Source: an uncultured Bdellovibrio sp.
GTDB taxonomy: Bacteria > Bdellovibrionota > Bdellovibrionia > Bdellovibrionales > Bdellovibrionaceae
Direction of reading: 5' to 3'
DNA length: 48,852 nt
Assembly: GCA_963932905.1 (NCBI GenBank)
Contig: CAWVRN010000032.1
Location: 1 to 48,852, forward strand
In this document: positions 19,761-28,196 of the stretch, piece after piece
Numbering within the stretch: the stretch's first letter is position 1
Layout of the letters: every line of letters starts with the position of its first letter
Notes under the pieces: model-generated
The model's database searches: none
What the model saw: only the letters and a program-made list of their open reading frames with translations
What the model was told of the DNA's origin: nothing
Translations under genes and position numbers: made by a program

Positions 19761-20018
19761 GAACTGGCTCCTTAGCTTGCGGCTAAGAAGCTAAAATCTA
19801 TTGGAAAGACAGTTGTTTAGCTGAAATTTAAAAGCGCTGTCTTGAAACAGCTTTTCAAAAAAAAATTATTATCCGAATTAACTCGTAATACATTCGAGTT
19901 TCGATCCCTCAAAAAAGCGAGCGTGTTGAATCTTTCTGGATTTTAGAGAGCACGTTTTAAATTCACTTGATTTGGCGATATTTTACCTGGCCTTAGCCGC
20001 AGGCTAAGGGGCCAGTTC
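19761..20018. mobile_element. 258-bp MITE/REPIN-like element, copy 1
   Basis: 27-bp terminal inverted repeats (19761-19787 / 19992-20018, 2 mismatches), each with an internal hairpin; second copy at the window end. Confidence 0.8.
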
Positions 20019-20101
20019 AAGTGGGTTTTCCCCAAGATCAAGGACTAGAACCCCTCGTAACTGCAAAGCCGTTTTGTTTTAGATCCCGACCTTCCGCTAA
20101 T

Positions 20102-20128
20102 ACAAATTTGTCTCGAATCCACCGATAG
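20102..20128 (+). promoter_or_regulatory. Putative sigma28-like promoter of the T1SS operon
   Basis: ACAA-N15-ACCGATAG just upstream of GTG 20137. Confidence 0.4.
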
Positions 20129-20136
20129 ATAACCTA

Positions 20137-21399
20137 GTGGGAAATCATAGGAAAATCCAAAGTCAGAAACATTTTTTCAAAGATAATCAAATATCTTGGG
20201 CTGCTGTTGATGCCGTGGCTGAAGGCCCGTCGTTCTTAAGTCAAATGGGCGTTGCCTTTCTATTTCTGTTTGTAGTTTGCTTTTTTATCTATGCTAATCA
20301 AGCCAAAGTTCCCGTTGTTGTAGAAGGTCCCGGCCGAGTGGTGTCTTCGTTGCCTTCAGTACCTTTGCGTTCACAAAGTACTTTTACTGTTGCGAACGTG
20401 AATGTTCGTGACGGTGAATTTGTAAAACGTGGGCAAATTCTAGTCACTGCGAAAGAAAGTTTAACTCCAGAGAGTATTGATTTGCTTAAGAGCATGATCA
20501 AGGGCCTTCAAATCATCAATGAGCTTGATGACAATGCCTTATGCTTGAATTGTCGTACGTTGTTGCAGCAATTGACTCAGATTTATTTAAGCATCAAAGT
20601 TCAGGGTGAAATGGTGACCTTGCTTTCAAATTTGAACGATCAAATTCGACATTTGAACTCGGTGGTAGATGCGTATAATGACATCGAAAAAAGTGTTACG
20701 ACAACACGGTCACAAATAAAAAATGCGCAAAGGAAATTGAACGATATTGTCAAACGTAAGGCGCATATAGCACAAGCCAAAGACGTGGAAGAACTAGAGA
20801 GCTACATTGAGCGCGAAACAAACTCAATTGCTGATCGGTTCCGCCAGGGTGCTACGCAAATTAAAGATGTCCGTCGTACCTTGAAAGCACGTACGAAAGA
20901 ACTTATCGATCGAACTGAACAAATTAGCAAGACCTATGCGGTACAAGCGCCGATTGACGGTAAAATTTCAAATTTGAAAATCAAAGGAACCGGCGAGCTA
21001 GTTTCCGCAGGACAAGAATTGATGGAATTAATCCCAGCCGCCAGTTCAAACATCGCATTGATTGAAGTTCTAAACCGAGATATTTCGAATATCAAAGTAG
21101 GCGACGAAGTTATTATTTCTATCGATTCAATGCCAGAATTAGACTTTGGTACTATCACGGGTAAAATCATCGACGTGATTTCCGCCGACATCGAAGAAAA
21201 TATGCGTGGTCCTGCCAATACGAATTTTAAAATTAAAGTTTCAATTCCAAGAACCTCACTTTCAAATGGTACGGGTGAACGACCTATTTTATTAGGGATG
21301 AATCTAAAAGGCCGTATTGTAACGCGTTTTGAATCGTTAGCTAAATCTATTTATCGCGTATTATTCAGAGTAAAAGAAAATGTAAAGGTAAAACAATGA
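20137..21399 (+). CDS. HlyD-family membrane fusion (periplasmic adaptor) protein
   Basis: TM anchor, 'VRDGEFVKRGQIL', coiled coil, 'VQAPIDGKI', 'VSAGQELMELIP', 'FGTITGKI'. Confidence 0.92.
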   Translation: MGNHRKIQSQKHFFKDNQISWAAVDAVAEGPSFLSQMGVAFLFLFVVCFFIYANQAKVPVVVEGPGRVVSSLPSVPLRSQSTFTVANVNVRDGEFVKRGQILVTAKESLTPESIDLLKSMIKGLQIINELDDNALCLNCRTLLQQLTQIYLSIKVQGEMVTLLSNLNDQIRHLNSVVDAYNDIEKSVTTTRSQIKNAQRKLNDIVKRKAHIAQAKDVEELESYIERETNSIADRFRQGATQIKDVRRTLKARTKELIDRTEQISKTYAVQAPIDGKISNLKIKGTGELVSAGQELMELIPAASSNIALIEVLNRDISNIKVGDEVIISIDSMPELDFGTITGKIIDVISADIEENMRGPANTNFKIKVSIPRTSLSNGTGERPILLGMNLKGRIVTRFESLAKSIYRVLFRVKENVKVKQ

Positions 21400-24300
21400 G
21401 CCATGCTTATCAAGAGGATCAGCCTACCTTATTGTCACCTAACTTCGCATTCGAGTCGAAAACAGTCGAAGAGATGTACACCAATGGTCTAAAGGAGACC
21501 AGCTTTCTAAGATTTTTTCCAGAAAAAGCAGAAGCCATTTTATCATTAGGACAAGTGCGTACGCACGGGCGCGGTGCTTTGATTTTGCAAGGACGCCAAC
21601 GCCTAGATGTACTGATGATGCCGTTAAATACGCCGTTGCAGATTAAAGTTTCTAGCGAAAATATGGGCTTAAACAAAATCATTGATACGGTGGAGCCAAA
21701 CGAATTGATCGGTTTCCGCGAAGTTCTTGAAGGGACAGAATATCCGTTTGTTATTCAATCATTATATGGAGCGGCGTCGATATTTAGTATCAGTCGATCT
21801 GATTTCCTAAGCGTTTTCACCGACCAAAATGACTTAAAAAAGATCGCACTTTTGACAGCGTCAAAAGCATTGTTGCATTTCTTTAATTGGCTTCTGGATC
21901 ATGATGTTCCATTAGAAAGTATTCATGCATTAATGCGAAGTACGATCGAGAAAATCCAAGTCGAAAAAAATACACCCATCCAATTGAAGCGAAAGTCTTT
22001 GATTTTTATTGAAGATGGTGTGATGTCAGCAGAACGCCTGAATGGTATCGATAGTATCAAAGTTAAATTACATCGCGGCCACTGGTTAGGGGCTTCGTAT
22101 TTTCCAGAAAACAGTCAGCGCCGGTTTGAATTTAAAGTCGAAGAAGCCGCGACCCTATTGTTGATTGATCTTCAAATTTTAATGACTCATGTACCACAAG
22201 CCGTATTGGGAAAAATGGTAGCAGAGCCGATAATTATGAGCCTAGTTAGTAAATTTGACACGACGGTTGAAGTCGCGACTTTGGCATTTGCGCCGGAATC
22301 TGGCAAAGCATCTGATTTTGGCTGGCGCGTAGATGAAAGTAAATTTAGAAAGACGACGGAAGCTGCGTCTTTTGCATTTACTAATTTGTGGAACTTGCTT
22401 GTTTTCCTTGAATACAGTGCGAATGAAAAACAAATCTTAGCTTTGGCAAAAGCAAAATCGTTCTTAAATTTAGGATCAACTGCACAAATCTTAGAAGACA
22501 TGGGGTTTGTCTGCAATATTATCCGTATTCCCACAGGAACAGAATACTATCCTGATTTTCCAATGGTTCACTACGCGTTGGGGCGTCCATTTTTAGTTTT
22601 AAAAATGGCTAAAGACCATGTCCTATGCATGGATCCAGAAAATGGAATTGTGACATTGTCGCGGGAATATTTTTCGTCCGCGGGAGCCCACTATTTTTTA
22701 CAAGTGACAGAAACTCATATTAAAACGATTACTAAAACATCGGCAAAAATTTCGCAATTAAAACCAGAAGTGGCTGGTAAAATGCTTTTGAATTATTTCT
22801 TTAGTTTAAATAAAAGCGAATTTAGAAATGTATACATTTTTAAGATGTTCCAGTCGGTAGCGATTTTGGCAGTGCCTGCCTATTTACTGGGTTTAATTAA
22901 TCAGACAGTCGGTTTAAATAAAATGGATCACATGGATTCCTATATTTCAGGTCTATGCATTTTCATTCTATTCCAAGTCACTGCTATTATCGCGTACAAC
23001 TATTTTTCGAGCTCCATTTCGGCGACGTTTAAATCAGACATTCAGCCGTTTTTTTTTCGACTATTTTTGCAGCAGCCTACAAACCAAGTTACGGCCATCA
23101 AATCTGGCTTGATTAAATCTCGCATTCAAATGGTCGAGTTCGTGATGTCGGGCTTGCGGGCGAATCAAATCGAAATCAAACAGTATTTACTTACTTTATT
23201 GGTGTGTTTGCTGTCGATTGGATTTTTTGTGTGGCAGTCCGCGGCCGTTTTGCTTGCCTTTGCGTTGGTTGGAGTTGTCGTGGTGGCGTACCTACGTCGT
23301 AACGGTGATTCAGAAGAACTAAGTGCATCCCAAGCGCGACAAGAACTAAACGATTTGATCACCGATTTAGTAAAAGGTTTTGAAAGCATCAAAGTCAGTC
23401 GCGCCGAAACCTGGATGCAGGAAAAAATCAAAAGTAAATTTATCAGCGTTAGTCGTTCAACATTAGCATTTTCAAAATCAAATTCAGGATACAATTTCAT
23501 TGGTCGTGCTATTTTTCAAACAGGCATTGCGTTATCCTTGTTTGTTGCCGTCGACGAAAGCTTGAAAGCCCACGTATCGGCCCATAGTACCATGGTTCTA
23601 ACGATGTTCTTTAACTATTCGTTAGGCCCATTTTTGGGTTTGTTGACTGTATTTTTTAATTTTCAAATGCAAGGTCTATACAATATGGCCGGTCAGTTTT
23701 TGAAAATGGACAATTCAGAACAATCAAAAACGTTAAAAGTTGTTTCACTAGACGGAAACATTCGTTTTGAACGAGTCAGTTTTCGTTACAATGATAAATT
23801 GCCTTTTGTATTACAAGATATCAGTTTCACGATTAACGAAGGCGAAACGATCGCGATCGTGGGACCCAGCGGATCGGGTAAATCCACATTGGCGCGCCTC
23901 ATTGCAAAAATGACAGAGCCAACAGCGGGCAAAATTTTCTTTGATGAAATCGACGCGCGCACAATTAATCCTGTCTCGTTCCAATCACAAATTGGTTTTG
24001 TGGCACAGACGCCAACATTGTTTTCTGGCACCATCGCGCAGAATATTTCTTTAAGTGATGATGTGATTGATTCTAACGCTATTTTAAATGCAGCTCGCAT
24101 ATGCGGCGCCAATGCCTTTATCGAAAAACTACCCGGTGGTTATGCGTATAAACTAAAAGAAGGTGGGCGTGGATTGTCTGGCGGTGAACGTCAGTTAATC
24201 GCGATGGCTCGTATGTTCTATTCCGATCCTAATATTATTGTATTAGATGAAGCCACTGCATACTTAGATAAAATGACTGAAAACGGTGTGTCTGATAGCT

Positions 24301-24485
24301 TGTCAAAAACAGCGGAACAAAAAACAATCGTGTATGTCGTTCAAAATATTTCCATCGCAAAACGGGCAGACCGCATCTTGGTGGTGAAACAAGGTCGCAT
24401 TATAGAGTCAGGCAATCATAATTATTTATTATCCTTGAATGGTGAATACGCAGAACTGTATCGTAATCAGGTGGGGTTTAACTAA
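21396..24485 (+). CDS. HlyB-like type I secretion ABC transporter with cNMP-like and inactive C39-like domains (subunit A)
   Basis: 'GPSGSGKS', 'LSGGERQ', 'IIVLDE'; TM domain; C39-like 'FPMVH..LVL..MDPENG' without catalytic Cys/His. Confidence 0.88.
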   Translation: MSHAYQEDQPTLLSPNFAFESKTVEEMYTNGLKETSFLRFFPEKAEAILSLGQVRTHGRGALILQGRQRLDVLMMPLNTPLQIKVSSENMGLNKIIDTVEPNELIGFREVLEGTEYPFVIQSLYGAASIFSISRSDFLSVFTDQNDLKKIALLTASKALLHFFNWLLDHDVPLESIHALMRSTIEKIQVEKNTPIQLKRKSLIFIEDGVMSAERLNGIDSIKVKLHRGHWLGASYFPENSQRRFEFKVEEAATLLLIDLQILMTHVPQAVLGKMVAEPIIMSLVSKFDTTVEVATLAFAPESGKASDFGWRVDESKFRKTTEAASFAFTNLWNLLVFLEYSANEKQILALAKAKSFLNLGSTAQILEDMGFVCNIIRIPTGTEYYPDFPMVHYALGRPFLVLKMAKDHVLCMDPENGIVTLSREYFSSAGAHYFLQVTETHIKTITKTSAKISQLKPEVAGKMLLNYFFSLNKSEFRNVYIFKMFQSVAILAVPAYLLGLINQTVGLNKMDHMDSYISGLCIFILFQVTAIIAYNYFSSSISATFKSDIQPFFFRLFLQQPTNQVTAIKSGLIKSRIQMVEFVMSGLRANQIEIKQYLLTLLVCLLSIGFFVWQSAAVLLAFALVGVVVVAYLRRNGDSEELSASQARQELNDLITDLVKGFESIKVSRAETWMQEKIKSKFISVSRSTLAFSKSNSGYNFIGRAIFQTGIALSLFVAVDESLKAHVSAHSTMVLTMFFNYSLGPFLGLLTVFFNFQMQGLYNMAGQFLKMDNSEQSKTLKVVSLDGNIRFERVSFRYNDKLPFVLQDISFTINEGETIAIVGPSGSGKSTLARLIAKMTEPTAGKIFFDEIDARTINPVSFQSQIGFVAQTPTLFSGTIAQNISLSDDVIDSNAILNAARICGANAFIEKLPGGYAYKLKEGGRGLSGGERQLIAMARMFYSDPNIIVLDEATAYLDKMTENGVSDSLSKTAEQKTIVYVVQNISIAKRADRILVVKQGRIIESGNHNYLLSLNGEYAELYRNQVGFN

Positions 24486-27400
24486 TGTTATTTGGTATAA
24501 ACTCTTACATTAAAGTTATCAAAGGATCGATGCTGGCATTTGTGTCAGATGCTGATTTGCAAAAGGTATTAAAAGATGCCCAAATTCAAAAATCTGATCG
24601 TGGTCAGCGATTGCAGCGTGAAGACCTTCCCGGGTTTTTATATTTAGTGTTAGATGGCGAAATTTCTTTGCGTTCAAAAAGCGGCCCAGAAATGGATCGC
24701 ATGAAAGTCGGCCGTACGTTAGAACTTCGCCCACTTATGTTGGGCGAAAAAGCGTGGCAATATGACTGGGTTGCCGAAACCAGCTGTGTGTTTCTACGCA
24801 TTCCGTGGGGGCCATGCCAAGAAGCGCTGAAAAAAAATGCGGAAGCGTATAGTTACCTAGGCCGCATGTCGAGTTCCGTTATTTTGCAAAAAACCAAACG
24901 CGACATGCGTGGTATTGGAATGACCTACGATTCGGTCGTAAAAATTGTTTCCAAATTAAAATTTGATGGAATCGAAACGATCGTAGGCAAAGTTAAAAAC
25001 AAAGTGTTCTGTATAGTTCAGCAAGGTGAAGTGTACGGCTACGTAGAATTGAATTCACAAAAGCGTAAAGTGGTTACTTATCAAGCGGGTGATGCGATTC
25101 TATTTGATTTACTGCAAACTACGGTTCAATACAAAGGCAGTGAGAATAACAAACTATGGTATATGCCGGAATCAGACTGGGTTGAATCTGGTTTGGGTGC
25201 CGAGTTTAGAAAATATTTAGAAGTTTTCATTCATGGTGGTCAGCGAATGAAAACAGCTGACGCGGACGAGCCTACGTACATCGGCGAGACGGCATTGGCG
25301 GCAAAACCGGCTGAGCGTGAATATGTAAAAGTGGGCGACAGTGAACTGGATCCAAAAACGAAGGCGAAATTTTATTTATGGAAATTTTTCCCGCCATTCA
25401 TGGAGATCAGCTATGGTGATGATCGCAGTCTAGTATCGATCATCGCGACGTTGTCGGCGCAAATGGGGTTCCCAATGGGGCACAAGCGCGCCGATGCTAA
25501 AGTAAAAGGTTTAATCAGTACACCATCACTAGATAGCTTAGAAAAATTCAGTAAAGCTCTTGGTTTTGATTGTAAGTTTTTATTTTTCGAACAAATTCCT
25601 CAGAATGAAGCTATCTGGCCATTTATTGTTCATCTGGATAGTGGATTGAAAATAGTATTTGCTACGATGGGAGATGAGGCTATTGTCGGTGATCCCGAAA
25701 CGGGATTGGTTAAAACAGAAAGTCTATCTGATTTGCAGTCACGTCGTGTGGATAAACGGGCAATTTGTTTATTGCCAGGCAAAGGAATTAAAAAACGTCC
25801 TGATCCAGATGTTCCGACGGAGTCCTTCATTGAAATGTTATTTGAAAACAAGAAATGGGTAGGGTTGTTTTTTGCGGCCGGTATGTTGGGGTATTTATTT
25901 GAATTAATTCTACCTGTTTTGATTCAGTACCTGTTTGATAGCGTTATCATGGCGCGTGAAACTCAGCTGTTAGGTCCTGTAATATGCGTGTATCTATTTT
26001 TCTCGATAACCAGTAGCTGGCTAAGTAGTTTCAGTCAGAAACTGACTTCTGATATTGGTGCGAACTTTGTATTGAGCTTAAAAAATCGAATTTTGCGTCG
26101 TGTTTCCATTTTGCCAATTGAAACATTCCGAGGTTTTGGAACATCCGGAATACTAAGTCGCATTGCTGAAGTTGATCAAATGGGTCAAGTTTTAACAGCG
26201 GGAGTTTTCAATAGTATTCTAAGTGTATTTTTAATCGTGGGTTCACTAAGTGTTTTGTGGCTGTATCACCCGACATTAGTGTTTGTCGTAGTGGCCGCCG
26301 TTCCGTTCGAAATGGTATTTTCATTCTTGTTTCGCAATCGGATAGAACGACTTAAAGTTGATGATTCACGTATACGTTCGCAAGAAAATCGTATGCTGAT
26401 GGAACATTTCACATCGGCAGAAGATATGAAATCATTAAAAGGTCAGCTGACAACTCGGTGGCGCTGGGAATTGTTGGCTGTATCGGCCGCTAAAAATTTG
26501 AAGCAGCTTGGGATTGTGAACTCACTATTCCAAGTGATTCATTTCGTAGTGGGTGAAGGCGTAAAAATTTTCTGTCTATTAATCGCGTTGAAGCTGTACA
26601 CGGAAGGTAGCTTGTCTTTGGGGCAAGTTATCGGTACGGCATTTTTAGTTCCGAAAATCTTTTCACCATTGCAAAATTTGACAACTCATTTCTTTCAGTT
26701 TTTGTCTATCAGGCCAACGCTTTCTATGATTAATGATTTTATTTATTCGCCGGTCGAACTTTTGGACGAAGGCGCTATTCCTAATAATCAAGAAAAGTTA
26801 ATGGGTGGTATTGAGTTCCAAAACGTAGAGTTTAGTTACGATTTGAATCCGACTTTAAAATCAGTCAGTTTTAGAATCAATCCAGGTGAAAAGGTAGCTA
26901 TCCTAGGGCCAACAGGTTCTGGAAAATCCGCTATCGCCAATCTGATGGCGGGTCTTTACGAACCCAACGTGGGTGAAGTAGTACTGGATGGTCGTCGTGC
27001 TGATCAATGGCCGTTAAGGTTTATTCGTTCGTCATTTGGATTAGTGTCGCAAGAAGGTTCTCTCTTTGGCGGAACTATCATTGAAAACATCGCTCTTGGC
27101 GAAACGTCTCCTGACTTTGAGAAAGTGCAGCGAGTGGCGGAACTAGTCGAAATGGATGACGAGATCCTGGCTAAGCCAGGCGGATATGATTTTGTATTGC
27201 AGCCAGGTGGCCTAGGGGTCAGTGAGGGGCAGAAGCAGCGTCTACTGATAGCTCGAGCACTTTATCATGATCCTTCGATACTGTTGTTTGACGAAGCGAC
27301 CAGTTATTTAGATCCCAGTTTAGAGAAACGTATCGTGGAACGCGTACTAAGGATTTATCGTGAAAAAACAATCGTATTTATCACGCATAGAACACACCTG

Positions 27401-27529
27401 GCGACGAAAGTAGACAAGGTTCTATATCTTGAAAATGGCAAACTTGCTGAAGATGGCAATCACCGTGATCTGATTTCTAATCACCAAAAGTATTACGACT
27501 TCTATGTTTCTCACTTGGGTGTTGGTTAA
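24485..27529 (+). CDS. HlyB-like type I secretion ABC transporter with cNMP-like and inactive C39-like domains (subunit B)
   Basis: 'LYLVLDGEI' cNMP-like; 'WPFIVH..GDPETG' C39-like; 'GPTGSGKS', 'VSEGQKQ', 'LLFDE', 'ITHR'. Confidence 0.88.
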   Translation: MLFGINSYIKVIKGSMLAFVSDADLQKVLKDAQIQKSDRGQRLQREDLPGFLYLVLDGEISLRSKSGPEMDRMKVGRTLELRPLMLGEKAWQYDWVAETSCVFLRIPWGPCQEALKKNAEAYSYLGRMSSSVILQKTKRDMRGIGMTYDSVVKIVSKLKFDGIETIVGKVKNKVFCIVQQGEVYGYVELNSQKRKVVTYQAGDAILFDLLQTTVQYKGSENNKLWYMPESDWVESGLGAEFRKYLEVFIHGGQRMKTADADEPTYIGETALAAKPAEREYVKVGDSELDPKTKAKFYLWKFFPPFMEISYGDDRSLVSIIATLSAQMGFPMGHKRADAKVKGLISTPSLDSLEKFSKALGFDCKFLFFEQIPQNEAIWPFIVHLDSGLKIVFATMGDEAIVGDPETGLVKTESLSDLQSRRVDKRAICLLPGKGIKKRPDPDVPTESFIEMLFENKKWVGLFFAAGMLGYLFELILPVLIQYLFDSVIMARETQLLGPVICVYLFFSITSSWLSSFSQKLTSDIGANFVLSLKNRILRRVSILPIETFRGFGTSGILSRIAEVDQMGQVLTAGVFNSILSVFLIVGSLSVLWLYHPTLVFVVVAAVPFEMVFSFLFRNRIERLKVDDSRIRSQENRMLMEHFTSAEDMKSLKGQLTTRWRWELLAVSAAKNLKQLGIVNSLFQVIHFVVGEGVKIFCLLIALKLYTEGSLSLGQVIGTAFLVPKIFSPLQNLTTHFFQFLSIRPTLSMINDFIYSPVELLDEGAIPNNQEKLMGGIEFQNVEFSYDLNPTLKSVSFRINPGEKVAILGPTGSGKSAIANLMAGLYEPNVGEVVLDGRRADQWPLRFIRSSFGLVSQEGSLFGGTIIENIALGETSPDFEKVQRVAELVEMDDEILAKPGGYDFVLQPGGLGVSEGQKQRLLIARALYHDPSILLFDEATSYLDPSLEKRIVERVLRIYREKTIVFITHRTHLATKVDKVLYLENGKLAEDGNHRDLISNHQKYYDFYVSHLGVG

Positions 27530-27606
27530 TACTAGGTTCAAAAAACAATCGGCCGCCAAGCAGCAGCCGATCGATTCTTTGAAGTTTAATTTAAATATAG
27601 TTGCTG

Positions 27607-27954
27607 TTATTCATCTTGATCAAAACGAGTTGCGATATCAGTAGGCAAGCTATCTACGACGGCTACATGTGAAGCATCAATAGTGTTGTTTACATAAGGA
27701 TGACCTTCGCTATCGAATTGAATAGCGTCTGTTTGAGCGATGAAATCAGAAACAGGTTCAACGGCAGCAATATTTTCACTTTCACCTGGAAAGCCTTTGT
27801 TAAATGAAGCCAATATTTCGATATCGGCAAATCCGTTTTGCTGGCTGAAAAGAGAACTATCGCCTTCTGTGTGTGTTGCCTCAGGTGTAATACCTAGGTG
27901 ATTTGCAGAATCAACATCCATCTGAAATTTATAATCATTTTCGTCACCAAACAT
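27607..27954 (-). CDS. Small, very acidic hypothetical protein
   Basis: 115-aa ORF with GGGGG SD-like run; D/E-rich; no signal peptide. Confidence 0.65.
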   Translation of the reverse strand: MFGDENDYKFQMDVDSANHLGITPEATHTEGDSSLFSQQNGFADIEILASFNKGFPGESENIAAVEPVSDFIAQTDAIQFDSEGHPYVNNTIDASHVAVVDSLPTDIATRFDQDE

Positions 27955-28196
27955 GGAACCCCCGTTTGTTAGAATTATTTTTTACTGTGTTCAGTATATC
28001 AAACAATTCGCTTATAAAAAGGTCCGGTATCAAGATAGGACACGTATCGTACTGAGAATCACTACGACTTTCTAGCTAGTTGCACTAGTCACCTGTCATC
28101 AGGGTGAACAGGTGTTATGGGCAATGACGAGTTATTTTGGGAACCGCAAAAATAAAAAGGCCCAAGCACCAGAACTGATGCTTCTTTCCTTTAGAT

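Noticed and set aside
21396..27529. Active bacteriocin-processing C39 peptidase transporters (RiPP cluster)
   Set aside because: Catalytic Cys/His are absent in both; no double-glycine precursor or modifying enzyme found
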